DNA of 61,737 bases, filler included, from 6 parts of 6 records of this genome joined end to end with filler, not necessarily neighbours in it; one strand, 5' to 3'; positions 50,671 to 61,639 are shown, counted from the first letter of the whole stretch. The notes: generated from the letters alone by a model not told the origin. A program made the numbers and translations.

Positions 50671-52639
50671 TCACCGCACGATGACATGGCCTTTGGCAAA
50701 GGATGTGAAAATCAGGAGGCCGGTAGCGTACACGAGAGCGGTCACAATGAATACGAGGGCCCAAGAGCCCGTCGAGTCCAGGATCAGACCCGTGATGAGG
50801 TTGCCGAATATCCCGGGGAGGGTTGCAAACTGACGAGCAGGGGGTAAGCGGCCAGGGCTGCATATTTGGTTCCGAATCAGTTACCGTATTGGACACCGCG
50901 AGAAGAGCGCCCGCATGGTCGGGGCCGACGTCGAGGACATTGCACCAGTACCCGCTGTGCGAAAACGCCGAAAAGGATATTGCGACTGTCATCAAAACAA
51001 TGGTGATAGAAAAGCGCGTCTGTAGCACGGCGAGAGCAATGAGGGCGGCGCCGGGTATGGAAAAGGCGACGGCCTGCATGATCTTGCGTGTAGTGGCCAC
51101 GGAAGCATAATTGCGTGATACGAGCAAGTCCGCGACGGACCCGCCGAGGTTGCTCATGAGGAACATTCCGACATAGGGAATGATGCTGCGAGGGAAAGGT
51201 CAGTCCCACTGAGAAAGGGATCCCGGTCGGTAGCGACTCGCCTGAACACGCCCACCGCATTCATGTCCACTCCCAGCGCGGTGGTGTAGTACGTGGGAAG
51301 CCATGACAGGAACACATAGAAGCCATAGTTGTGGGCCGTGCTGGAAGAACACCCTGTCAACGCCGCCCCGGGAGCGCTCTGGCTGCCACTTACTGTGCCG
51401 CTATAATCGCCCACACTGCGGGGTGGCGCAAGAACGACCCCAGAAGCGTCATCGTGGCCGCGGCCTTGCCAAACAACCTCGCCCATGGCCTTTGTCCTTC
51501 CGGGGACATCTCCTCGCCCGCCGGCCCCGCGTCTTCGTCCTCCCCAGTCGGGTAATTGCGCCGCTCCGCGCCGGCATGCCGCAGCGCCGAAGCCGGGACG
51601 ACTGGCACGGCCATCCCCCGGCTCCCGTCGCCCTCGGCCTCATCGTCCCAGCGCGCCGCGTCGCCCTTGGGCGTCGCGTATTCGTCATCGTCGTTGGGAC
51701 GCACGCTCGTCATCTCATACGTCACACCCGAGTCGATGCGGTCCTTCCCATCGCTGGGCCCCGATGGGCGGCGGTGCGCACCCCCGGCCGTGTTGTCGAG
51801 AATGTACTGCCGCTCCTTTTCCGTGATCCACCCGTGTGATTCGGGCGAAGAGCTCACCAAGAGAGCGAAAAGGGCACACCAGACAATCCCCAGGAACCCA
51901 AAGAAATAGAACGGCCCCTCCCAGGACACGGCCGCCCATGGAGACACCAAAAAGGCGGCGGTGGTTCCTAGAAACTTGAACGGGTTGAGGATCCCATGGA
52001 TCGGGCACTGCATGACCTACCTGGCCACTCGTTGAGAGGGTCATGAGCCTGGACCTCTCGGGAAGTGGGAACCACTGCCCGGCAAGGTGGTGGATGGACG
52101 GCAACGCCACGCCCTCCCCAACCCCCATGCCGACGCGCCTGCCATGGCCGAACCTCAGACCACTGCGAAGTAAGAAGCACTGGGTACCTACACTGCCAGA
52201 AGCACCCAGAAGTTGGCTGCCGCCGCCGGGGGCGTGAGCACAGTGAACAGCGACCACACCGTCACCCCGACGAGGAGGATGGGCTTGGCGCCCCACCGTT
52301 TGGCTGCCAGCCCCCCAACCACCTGGGTTGTCAAGTAGCCGTAGTAAAACGAGCTCAGGATAATGCCGGTCTCCCGCGTGCTCCAGTTGTACTCGGCAGC
52401 CATAGGAACTATTGTCACAGCAATGCACGTGCGGTCAATGTAGCACACTGTCTGCAAACGAAAGGAGTCAGCCCAATAATTGTCTGGCCGCAACCGTCCC
52501 AGCCCACGTTTGCGGCGCAGCACAAGACGGCCACGAGGAATCGCACCCGCCCCTGGAGGGCCGTTGACCCGAAAACCCATCCTGCCGGGGCGGCCAGCCA
52601 GCCCCGCGTCGCCCCACTCGAGGAGACCGCGTTGTCCAT
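50671..52639 (-). CDS. MFS anion:cation symporter (SLC17/PHT4-like); 7 exons (introns 52452-52507, 52139-52191, 51975-52020, 51341-51393, 51186-51241, 50830-50884)
   Basis: CYIDR, ILSSFYYGY..TQ..GG, R...G.GEG...P, WFP..ERS, LSWLPTY and D.GP..AG.L...SNT.ATLPG motifs. Confidence 0.85.
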
Positions 52640-53876
52640 TGCGTCGCCTGCACTGATGAGTTTGGTTTCTTTACGAAGGCTTCACATATAGCGCTATGTC
52701 AAGCACCACGGACTTTTGAACTAGGCGACTCGTCCCCCCTGACCTGAGGGGCGCCGGACTGGTTCCAGTACGGAGTCGCCCTGAACTGAGAAAAATTTTG
52801 GGTCCGACCACCCGGCCCTGAGGTGGCCGGCCCGTCACCCGTGTGCGGTCCGGTCCGCAGGGTTCAAGCGACCCGAGTGCGCCCGAACCGCAACATGGCT
52901 GCTTTCATTCATTCGCCCGGGCCCGGCCGGCCGGTGCGGCGTCGTCGCGCCCGGCTCCGTCCGGCAACCGGGTGACACGACTCGATCTGCATCACTCTGC
53001 GGCGAGGCGGGGGCCCGCCTCAGGCCGGCTGCATGCCGGTACGGAGTCCTCTATATTTGACACAAGTCAATCGTTCAAATGACCCCTCTGAGGACTCATC
53101 CCGCATTGAACCGGACTACCTCTACATGAGTGGAGTTCCGCACCGTGTGGCCAAGTAAACCGAATTATCCTTCAGGGTTCAGATCCCCTTAACCGCAGAA
53201 TAGTGAACACTGCCAACTCAGTGCGGCCCCGAGAACTTTTACCGAGCCGAGTCATCCCGCAGTGATGCCCCGGCAAGTGCCGCCGCCGTCGCGTCGGCCC
53301 GGGCGCCGGCCACTGGCGCCGGCGGCCGCCGCCGGGCGCCGTCACAGCGGGGTGAAGTGAGCCTCGGGGCTGCGGAGGCAAGCTGACCGGCGGGCTCAGT
53401 AACTAACACAGCCGGGCCCACTGGCTGGGCCCTCTCAACAGCCCGTCAGGCTGCTGCCTGCGCTGGCTGTGACTGCCGTGCTTTGACTGAAAGACCGCCG
53501 GTGGGCTCCCCAACGGGAGGGCCTTGGCCACAGCCCCCAGTGGTCACTCTTCCGGGACACCCGTCCCTGCCTTTGAGCGGCACATTCGGAGAATTTCGGT
53601 TTGCAAAATCATTTAGTTGGCGGCCTGTAGTCGAAGTCTCGCACTGCCGCTGCCTCGCGTCACTACAAATATGAGTGTACCGTGTCCGAAGACAGCCTGT
53701 GCATTAGCAACTGCATCAGGGACTCCCGGCACCTGGCAGGCGAGATGCCTGTTCGTAGCTTCTCCTAACCCGGCTCCTTCTCAGCGCAAGGATTCCTCCA
53801 GCACTGAGGCTGATCGTAATCCCCACTGACGTCGAGTTAGTCCTATGCGACAATCAAGCCTCTCAGTATCCCGCTT

Positions 53877-53976
53877 NNNNNNNNNNNNNNNNNNNNNNNN
53901 NNNNNNNNNNNNNNNNNNNNTTAATTAATTAANNNNNNNNNNNNNNNNNNNNNNNNNNNNNNNNNNNNNNNNNNNN
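53877..53976. other. Artificial contig spacer
   Basis: N44-TTAATTAATTAA-N44. Confidence 0.99.
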
Positions 53977-54446
53977 ATCCAGTTTTTTGTGCCATTAACA
54001 ATATAATGGTCTCCTTTATCAAGAGCAGTTGTTTTTTGTGAAGTAGCGTCACTTCCTGCTTCAGGTTCCGATAAGCAAAAGGCTCCGATAATTTCTCCGG
54101 AAGCTAGCGGTTTTAAATATTTTTTCTTTTGTTCTTCTGTTCCGAAATTTTCTAATCCCCAACAAACTAAAGAGTTATTTACGCTTACAATAACAGAAGC
54201 AGATGCATCTACTTTTGAGAGCTCTTCCATAACCATAACATAAGATACGGTATCCATTCCGCTACCTCCATATTCGGGAGAAGTCATCATTCCTAAAAAA
54301 CCAAGTTCCGCCATTTTTTTGACTTGCTCTGTTGGGAATTCTTGCTTTTCGTCTCTTTCGATGACTCCAGGTAATAATTCCGTTTTAGCAAAATCCCTTG
54401 CAGCTTCTTTTATTAGTAATTGTTCTTCAGAAAGTTTGAAATCCAT
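53977..54446 (-). CDS. Acyl-CoA dehydrogenase, N-terminal part
   Basis: MDFKLSEEQ, PEYGGSG, FCLSEPEAGSDA and NGTKNW motifs. Confidence 0.93.
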
Positions 54447-54532
54447 CCTATTTTGTGATATTTTTATAATATTCATCAAATATAATTTTAAAATGTAACA
54501 TTTTCAATCATTCTTATTTATTTTTACACTTA

Positions 54533-55591
54533 ATGAAAAAAGAAAACTACAACGTTATAGGAGTGATGTCTGGCACATCATTGGACGGAATCGATTTGGT
54601 TAATGTTTATTTTGAAAAGAAAGATGAGTGGAGTTTTTCTGTAAGAAGTTCAAAAACAGTTTCTTATGAAGAAAATTTACGCAAACGTTTAAAAAATGCT
54701 ATTCATTTAAATACTTCTGATCTACAGAAATTAGACGAAGAATACACTGTTTTTTTAGCTGAAATAATTTGTGGCTTTATTAAGGAAAAACAAATAGAGG
54801 CGATAGATTTTGTTGCTTCTCATGGGCATACCGTTTTTCATAAACCAGATGAAGGGCAGACCTATCAAATAGGAAATTTACCTTTTATAGCAGAGAAAGT
54901 TGGCGAAAAAGTAGTATGCGATTTCCGTGTGGAGGATGTAGAACTTGGAGGGCAAGGAGCTCCCTTGGTACCAATTGGAGATAAGCTACTTTTTTCGGAA
55001 TACAATTATTGCCTTAATTTAGGAGGGTTTGCAAATGTTTCCGTAGAAAAGGATGGTGTTTATAAGGCATTCGATATTTGTGCTGTGAATAATGTTTTGA
55101 ATCATTACGTCTCAAAATTAGGTTTTGATTATGATGATGGTGGAAAGATTGCTGCATCAGGTAATATTAATGAGGAACTACTTGAAGAGTTAAATAGTTT
55201 AGCTTTTTATAAAAAACCATATCCAAAGTCGTTGGGAATTGAATGGGTAGAAAGCGATGTACTCCCTTTAATTGATTCTTATAAAATTTCAGAAAAAGAT
55301 ATTTTAAGAACTTATATAGCGCATACAGCTTTTCAGGTGGCTCAAGTTTTGGAGTCAACAGCAAGAGTTTTGGTAACAGGAGGAGGCGCTTACAATACTT
55401 TTTTTATTGAACAATTAAAGACCTTGAGTGATGCTGAAATAATTTTACCTAATAATAATACTATAGAGTTTAAGGAAGCCATTATTTTTGGTTTATTAGG
55501 TGCCTTGAAAGTAAGAGATGAAGTGAATTGTATGAAAAGTATTACGGGAGCTTCTAAAGACCATAGTAGTGGGAAAATTTACAACCCTTAA
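54533..55591 (+). CDS. anmK: Anhydro-N-acetylmuramic acid kinase
   Basis: GVMSGTSLDGID, SHGHTVFH, DFR..D...GGQGAPLVP, NLGGFAN and TGGG motifs. Confidence 0.95.
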   Translation: MKKENYNVIGVMSGTSLDGIDLVNVYFEKKDEWSFSVRSSKTVSYEENLRKRLKNAIHLNTSDLQKLDEEYTVFLAEIICGFIKEKQIEAIDFVASHGHTVFHKPDEGQTYQIGNLPFIAEKVGEKVVCDFRVEDVELGGQGAPLVPIGDKLLFSEYNYCLNLGGFANVSVEKDGVYKAFDICAVNNVLNHYVSKLGFDYDDGGKIAASGNINEELLEELNSLAFYKKPYPKSLGIEWVESDVLPLIDSYKISEKDILRTYIAHTAFQVAQVLESTARVLVTGGGAYNTFFIEQLKTLSDAEIILPNNNTIEFKEAIIFGLLGALKVRDEVNCMKSITGASKDHSSGKIYNP

Positions 55592-55655
55592 AATATTCTA
55601 AAAGTCGAGGTCAGATTTTTTTGTTTTATATATTTGTGAATACTTTAAAAGATTA

Positions 55656-56882
55656 ATGAAAGAATTACTTAAACAATACGAAGACAAATCTCCTGAAATT
55701 ATTTTTAATTGGAAGGACTCTGAAACAGCTGCTGAAGGGTGGACTGTTATAAATTCTTTACGAGGAGGAGCCGCAGGTGGTGGAACCAGAATGAGAGTAG
55801 GTTTGGATGCTAATGAGGTGTTATCTTTAGCAAAAACTATGGAAGTTAAATTTACGGTTTCTGGACCCGCAATTGGTGGTGCTAAATCTGGAATTAACTT
55901 CGATCCAAAAGATCCTCGTAAAAAAGGGGTTTTAGAACGTTGGTATAAAGCTGTTTCTCCGTTGCTTAAAAGTTATTACGGAACTGGAGGCGATTTAAAC
56001 GTAGATGAAATCCATGAGGTTATACCAATTACCGAAAATTGTGGGGTTTGGCATCCGCAAGAAGGAGTTTTTAACGGACATTTTAAGCCGTCTGAAGCCG
56101 ATAAGATAAACAGGATTGGACAGCTGAGACAAGGAGTTATTAAGGTTTTAGAAAACGATAACTTCTCTCCAGATATTAAAAGAAAATACACCGTTGCAGA
56201 CATGATAACCGGTTATGGGGTTGCAGAGTCTGTAAAACATTATTATGAAATATATGGAGGAACGGTAAAAGGGAAGAAAGCAATTGTTCAAGGTTTTGGA
56301 AATGTTGGTGCTGCTGCAGCCTATTATTTATCTCAAATGGGTGCTTTAATTGTTGGAATTACCGATATTAATGGCGGTGTTATAAATGAAGAAGGCTTTT
56401 CTTTTGCTGAAATAAAATCGTTTTTCTTGGAGAAAAAAGGAAATACCTTGGACGTTCCAAATATGATTCCTTTTAAAGAAATGAATGAGAAGATATGGAA
56501 TATACAAGCGCAAATTTTCTTGCCTTGTGCTGCTTCTCGACTTATTAAAAAAGAACAAATTACCCAGTTAATAGAAACAGGTTTAGAGGTTGTTTCTTGT
56601 GGAGCGAATGTTCCATTTGCTGATAAAGAAATATTTTTTGGTCCTATTATGGAATATACAGACCAAAGAATAAGCTTAATTCCAGATTTTATTTCGAACT
56701 GTGGAATGGCTAGAGTTTTTGCTTATTTTATGGAACGACGTACCGAAATGACAGATGAAGCAATCTTTGCAGATACCTCAGATACAATTAAAAAGGCATT
56801 GCAAAATACCTTTCAACATAATAATGCTAAAATAAATATTAGCAGTACTGCTTTTGAAATCGCATTAAAACAATTAATTTAG
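55656..56882 (+). CDS. Glu/Leu/Phe/Val dehydrogenase family protein
   Basis: GGGTR, GGAKSG, VQGFGNVG and GAN motifs. TATATTTG promoter element at 55628-55635. Confidence 0.9.
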   Translation: MKELLKQYEDKSPEIIFNWKDSETAAEGWTVINSLRGGAAGGGTRMRVGLDANEVLSLAKTMEVKFTVSGPAIGGAKSGINFDPKDPRKKGVLERWYKAVSPLLKSYYGTGGDLNVDEIHEVIPITENCGVWHPQEGVFNGHFKPSEADKINRIGQLRQGVIKVLENDNFSPDIKRKYTVADMITGYGVAESVKHYYEIYGGTVKGKKAIVQGFGNVGAAAAYYLSQMGALIVGITDINGGVINEEGFSFAEIKSFFLEKKGNTLDVPNMIPFKEMNEKIWNIQAQIFLPCAASRLIKKEQITQLIETGLEVVSCGANVPFADKEIFFGPIMEYTDQRISLIPDFISNCGMARVFAYFMERRTEMTDEAIFADTSDTIKKALQNTFQHNNAKINISSTAFEIALKQLI

Positions 56883-56908
56883 ACACAAATATTTACTAAC
56901 ACTATCCT

Positions 56909-58273
56909 ATGGAGACTATAATTATTATTGTATTCGTTCTTGGTTATTTGGCAATCACCCTAGAACATAATTTGAAAATTGACAAATTGATTCCTGCTTT
57001 GGGAATGATGGCACTTTTATGGGCTATTATTGCATTAACACACATGGATGTTTTTGAAGTTAATGCAGAACTCAAAGAACTAGAAGCTTCTCATGTTGAT
57101 GAGATATTGTTGCATCATTTAGGTAAAACCGCCGAAATATTAGTTTTCTTACTTGGGGCAATGACTATTGTGGAAATCATCGATTATTTTGATGGCTTTG
57201 CAACTATTAAGGGCTATATTAAAGCTAGAAGTAAGCGTAAATTGTTATGGATATTTAGTATTCTGGCTTTTGTGCTTTCAGCAATTATAGATAACCTAAC
57301 AGCAACAATTGTATTAATAACAATCTTACAAAAAGTACTTAAAGATAGAGAGTTGAGACTTTGGTTTGCGGGTATTATTATTATAGCTGCAAATGCTGGG
57401 GGTGCATGGTCTCCTATTGGAGATGTTACTACTACCATGTTGTGGATTGGACACAAAGTATCTGCTGCTTTATTAATAGAGCATGTATTAATACCATCTA
57501 TATTCTGTATGGTTGTGCCAGTATTAATAGCATCAAGATTAAAAATATTTAAAGGAGAAATTGAAGGAGATTTTGCAGAAACAGCACCAAAATCTAAATA
57601 TGGAACTATTATGTTGTATTTAGGTTTAGGAATGATTGTTTTTGTTCCTTTATTTAAAACAGTAACACATTTACCTCCTTATGTAGGAATGATGTTGTCT
57701 CTTGCTGTAGTTGCTGCTTTTGCAGAAATTTATAGTAATAAAAAATTCGCTCTTTCTGGAGTTAATGAAGATAGTGGAGATTTCCAAGGACATCATAGTC
57801 CAGTACATCATTCTTTAGCGAGAATTGAACTGCCAAGTATCTTATTTTTCTTAGGGATTTTAATGGCAGTAGCTGCTTTAGAATCACTAGGGATGTTATT
57901 CCATTTTGCAGAAAGAATGGATGCAGTAATGCCTATGTTAGGAACAGAATCTGTTGGAGAAAAAGTTTCAGATTTAGTGGTTATAATTTTAGGAGCAGGT
58001 TCTGCAGTTATTGATAATGTACCTTTGGTAGCCGCAAGTATGGGGATGTTCTCTGTAGGAATGGACGATCCAGTTTGGCACTTTATAGCGTATTCAGCCG
58101 GAACAGGAGGAAGTATGTTAATTATTGGTTCGGCAGCTGGTGTAGTTGCTATGGGAATGGAGAAAATCGATTTCTTCTGGTACCTTAAAAAAATTGGATG
58201 GTTAGCATTAATTGGATTCTTATCTGGAGCTGCAGTATTTGTACTTTTAAGAAATTTTGTACTTGACGTATAA
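56909..58273 (+). CDS. nhaD: Na+/H+ antiporter NhaD
   Basis: DNLT, ANAGGAWSPIGDVTT, DNVPLVA and GTGGS..IIGSAAG motifs. Confidence 0.92.
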   Translation: METIIIIVFVLGYLAITLEHNLKIDKLIPALGMMALLWAIIALTHMDVFEVNAELKELEASHVDEILLHHLGKTAEILVFLLGAMTIVEIIDYFDGFATIKGYIKARSKRKLLWIFSILAFVLSAIIDNLTATIVLITILQKVLKDRELRLWFAGIIIIAANAGGAWSPIGDVTTTMLWIGHKVSAALLIEHVLIPSIFCMVVPVLIASRLKIFKGEIEGDFAETAPKSKYGTIMLYLGLGMIVFVPLFKTVTHLPPYVGMMLSLAVVAAFAEIYSNKKFALSGVNEDSGDFQGHHSPVHHSLARIELPSILFFLGILMAVAALESLGMLFHFAERMDAVMPMLGTESVGEKVSDLVVIILGAGSAVIDNVPLVAASMGMFSVGMDDPVWHFIAYSAGTGGSMLIIGSAAGVVAMGMEKIDFFWYLKKIGWLALIGFLSGAAVFVLLRNFVLDV

Positions 58274-58327
58274 TTTTATATGCAATACACCGTTATAAAC
58301 CAAACCCAATTCGATAAATAATAATAT

Positions 58328-59017
58328 ATGATATTATTTCAAGAAGCAACCCAAGAGGTGGCTGAAGAAGTTCTTTCGGAAGAAAAAACACTTTCGGTTA
58401 TAGATTTAATCGTAAATGGAGGAACTGCAAGTGTAATTATTATAGCAATACTTTTTGTGTTGTTATTTGTAGCCTTATACATTTATTTTGAAAGAGTTTT
58501 TGCTATTAAAGCAGCTTCAAAAATTGATAAAAATTTCATGCTTCAAATTAGAGATCATGTCTCTAATGGAAAATTAGAAGCAGCTAAAATACTTTGTGCT
58601 CAAACAGATTCGCCAGTAGCAAGATTAACCGAAAAAGGAATCTCTAGAATAGGAAAACCTTTGGAAGATATTAATAAGGCAATTGAGAATGCAGGTACTT
58701 TAGAAGTATATAAATTAGAAAAGAACGTAAGTATTCTAGCAACAGTAGCTGGAGCGGCTCCAATGATTGGTTTCTTAGGTACTGTAATCGGAATGATTAT
58801 AGCGTTTCACCAAATGGCAACTAGTGGCGGACAAGCAGAAATGGGGCAATTAGCAAGTGGTATTTATACAGCAATGACTACTACGGTAGCAGGACTTGTA
58901 GTAGGTATTATTGCTTATATTGGATACAATCATTTGGTTGTTCGTACCGATAAGGTTGTCCATAATATGGAAGCTAATGCAGTAGAATTTTTAGACCTTC
59001 TAGACGAACCAATGTAA
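58328..59017 (+). CDS. exbB: MotA/TolQ/ExbB proton channel
   Basis: LATVAGAAPMIGFLGTV.GMI..F and GIY.A..TT..GL motifs. Confidence 0.88.
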   Translation: MILFQEATQEVAEEVLSEEKTLSVIDLIVNGGTASVIIIAILFVLLFVALYIYFERVFAIKAASKIDKNFMLQIRDHVSNGKLEAAKILCAQTDSPVARLTEKGISRIGKPLEDINKAIENAGTLEVYKLEKNVSILATVAGAAPMIGFLGTVIGMIIAFHQMATSGGQAEMGQLASGIYTAMTTTVAGLVVGIIAYIGYNHLVVRTDKVVHNMEANAVEFLDLLDEPM

Positions 59018-59042
59018 AATTGGTAACGTTGAAACCTTATAC

Positions 59043-59082
59043 TAAACAGATAGCCTAATACTTACTTTAGGTTATCTGTTTA
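59043..59082 (+). repeat. Intergenic 16-bp-stem hairpin between exbB and exbD
   Basis: taaacagatagcctaa pairs with ttaggttatctgttta. Confidence 0.7.
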
Positions 59083-59110
59083 TCATTAAAACACTAAAAT
59101 TTTATAAGAA

Positions 59111-59497
59111 ATGAAGTTAAAAGGAAGAAACAAAGTGTCGCCAGAATTCAGTATGAGTTCTATGACTGATATTGTTTTTCTACTCTTGGTGTTCTTTATG
59201 CTTACTTCAAATTCTCCAAATGCTCTAGATTTACTATTACCTAAGGCAAAAGGAAAGTCTACAAATACACAAAACGTTTCAGTAAGTATCAATAAAAACC
59301 TTGATATTTATGTGGATAATGTAAAAGTAAAACCTGAATTCGTAGAAACAGAACTTAAGAGAAGATTAAAAGATGTAGAGCAACCTACTATTATTTTAAG
59401 AGCTGAAAAAAGTGTTCCGATAGATAATGCAGTTAATATAATGGACATAGCAAACCAAAATAGTTACAAAGTAATTTTAGCAGTTAGACCTAAATAA
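59111..59497 (+). CDS. exbD: ExbD/TolR family protein
   Basis: MTDIVFLLLVFFM, LP.A and IILRAE motifs. Confidence 0.9.
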   Translation: MKLKGRNKVSPEFSMSSMTDIVFLLLVFFMLTSNSPNALDLLLPKAKGKSTNTQNVSVSINKNLDIYVDNVKVKPEFVETELKRRLKDVEQPTIILRAEKSVPIDNAVNIMDIANQNSYKVILAVRPK

Positions 59498-59499
59498 AT

Positions 59500-60393
59500 A
59501 TGTCTTTTTTAGATACAAAACATAAAAAGAAATCCTTTACAGTAACAACCTTGTTACTAACAATACTCTTGTTTCTTATGTTTTATATTGGGTTGTCTTA
59601 TTTAGATCCGCCTATTGAAAATGGAATCTCTGTTAATTTTGGAACTACAAATTTTGGGAGTGGAAATGTACAACCAAAGGAAAAAATAAAAAGTACTCCC
59701 GTAGAAAAACCTATAGAAAAGGAAACTCCTGTTGAGGAAACTCCAAAGCCTACTGCTCCTGCAGAACCTGCGGAAGCTAAAGTTGAAGATGTAGTTACAC
59801 AGAATAATGAAGAGTCTGTGGTGATTAAGAAGCAAAAAGAGGCAGAGGCAAAAAAGAAAGCCGAAGAAGAGGCTAAGAAAAAAGCACAGGCAGAAGCAGC
59901 GCGAAAAGAGCGTGAGCGAAAAGCTGAAGAAGAACGTATTAAAAAAGAACAAGAAGCTAAGAAAAAGAATCTAGATGCAATGATGGGAGGACTTAATAGT
60001 TCTGACGGAAAAGCTACTGGAGGAGAAGGAGACGACAACCGCGCAGGAGACAAAGGGCAACCAGATGGCGATCCATATGCTACAAGTTATTACGGTGGTG
60101 GCGGAACGGGTTCTGGAGGTGTAGGTTATGGTCTTAATGGGCGTAGCTTAGTTTCTGGAGATAAGTTTGTGCAAGACTGTAATGAGTCTGGAACTGTGGT
60201 TGTGAAAATAGAGGTAGACCGTTCTGGAAACGTTATTAGCGCCACTCCAGGTGTAAAAGGTACTACAAATACAGCAGCTTGTTTAAAAGAAGCTGCAAGT
60301 AAAACTGCGCGTTCTTATAAATGGAATTCTGATGCAAATGCGCCTTCAAGGCAAATAGGTTTTGTAGTGGTTAATTTCAAATTAGGAGAGTAG
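59500..60393 (+). CDS. TonB/TolA-like energy transducer
   Basis: N-terminal TM anchor, Pro/Glu-rich then Lys/Glu/Ala-rich linker, C-terminal G.VVVKI.VDR.G.V domain. Confidence 0.8.
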   Translation: MSFLDTKHKKKSFTVTTLLLTILLFLMFYIGLSYLDPPIENGISVNFGTTNFGSGNVQPKEKIKSTPVEKPIEKETPVEETPKPTAPAEPAEAKVEDVVTQNNEESVVIKKQKEAEAKKKAEEEAKKKAQAEAARKERERKAEEERIKKEQEAKKKNLDAMMGGLNSSDGKATGGEGDDNRAGDKGQPDGDPYATSYYGGGGTGSGGVGYGLNGRSLVSGDKFVQDCNESGTVVVKIEVDRSGNVISATPGVKGTTNTAACLKEAASKTARSYKWNSDANAPSRQIGFVVVNFKLGE

Positions 60394-60430
60394 AAAACTA
60401 CTAATTCTTTCATTTTAATAAAATACAATT

Positions 60431-61639
60431 ATGACATACGAGCAAACCCTAAACTGGATGTTTGGTAGGTTGCCGATGTATCAAAAACAAGGGCAATCGG
60501 CTTTTAAGCCTAAACTAACAAATACTATTGCGCTTGCAAAACATCTACAGAATCCCGAGCAAAATTTTAAATCTATTCATGTAGCGGGAACCAATGGTAA
60601 AGGCTCTACAAGCCATATGTTAGCCTCTGTGTTGCAGGAAGCAGGTTATAAAGTTGGATTGTACACTTCTCCTCATTTAAAAGATTTTAGAGAGCGAATT
60701 AAAATAAATGGAAAGGAGATTTCAGAAGATTTTGTGGTAAATTTTATTGAAGTCAATAAACCATTCTTTGAAGCCAATGAATTGTCATTTTTTGAAATGA
60801 CTGTTGGAATGGCTTTTCAATTTTTTTCAGAAGAAAAAATAGATATTGCAATTATAGAAGTAGGTTTAGGAGGGCGTTTTGACTCAACAAATATAATTAC
60901 TCCCGAGGTGGCTTTAATTACAAATATAGGTTTGGATCATACCGATATGTTGGGAGATACCTTAGAAAAAATAGCTTGGGAAAAAGCTGGAATTATTAAG
61001 TCAAATGTTCCTACGGTAATAAGTGAGTATCATCCAGAAACATATCCTGTTTTTGAAGGAGTGGCTAGTTATAATAATACAACACTTCAATTAGCTTCTG
61101 AGCTAAATCTCAATTATAAAAGTGATTTATTGGGAGATTACCAAGAAAAAAATATAAAAGCGGTAGTATTAACGTTACGGCAATTAAAAGGCTTTTCTGT
61201 TACGGAGGAGAACATTGTAAATGGCTTGAATAATACGGTTCGGAATACTGGTTTAATGGGGAGGTGGCAAAAATTAGGCGAGGAACCAACTATAATTTGT
61301 GATACTGCTCATAATAAAGAAGGACTTTCAATTGTAATAAATCAGCTTTCCGAGCAAAAATATAATCAATTACATATTGTTTTAGGGTTTGTAAAAGACA
61401 AAAAACTCACAGACATCTTACCTTTATTTCCTAAAAATGCCATGTATTACTTCTGTAAGCCAGAAATATCTCGTGGTTTGGAGGCAGAAGTTTTAAAAGA
61501 AAAAGCTTTGGAGTATGCTTTGGAGGGCGTGGTATATAGTTCAGTTTCAGCTGCTTTTGAATCGGCTAAGAAATCGGCTGGTGTGAGCGATTTTATTTAT
61601 GTTGGAGGGAGTACTTTTGTTGTTGCAGAAATACTCTAA
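60431..61639 (+). CDS. folC: Folylpolyglutamate synthase / dihydrofolate synthase
   Basis: HVAGTNGKGS, YTSPHL, EVGLGGRFDSTN, DH and DTAHN motifs. Confidence 0.96.
   Translation: MTYEQTLNWMFGRLPMYQKQGQSAFKPKLTNTIALAKHLQNPEQNFKSIHVAGTNGKGSTSHMLASVLQEAGYKVGLYTSPHLKDFRERIKINGKEISEDFVVNFIEVNKPFFEANELSFFEMTVGMAFQFFSEEKIDIAIIEVGLGGRFDSTNIITPEVALITNIGLDHTDMLGDTLEKIAWEKAGIIKSNVPTVISEYHPETYPVFEGVASYNNTTLQLASELNLNYKSDLLGDYQEKNIKAVVLTLRQLKGFSVTEENIVNGLNNTVRNTGLMGRWQKLGEEPTIICDTAHNKEGLSIVINQLSEQKYNQLHIVLGFVKDKKLTDILPLFPKNAMYYFCKPEISRGLEAEVLKEKALEYALEGVVYSSVSAAFESAKKSAGVSDFIYVGGSTFVVAEIL

Noticed and set aside
52700-53876. GC-rich region with GCC/GGC runs and short ORFs
   Set aside because: No recognisable protein or RNA motif; probably eukaryotic intergenic or promoter DNA
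59598-60053. Antisense ORFs opposite the TonB-like gene
   Set aside because: Low-complexity mirror of the Lys/Glu/Ala-rich linker
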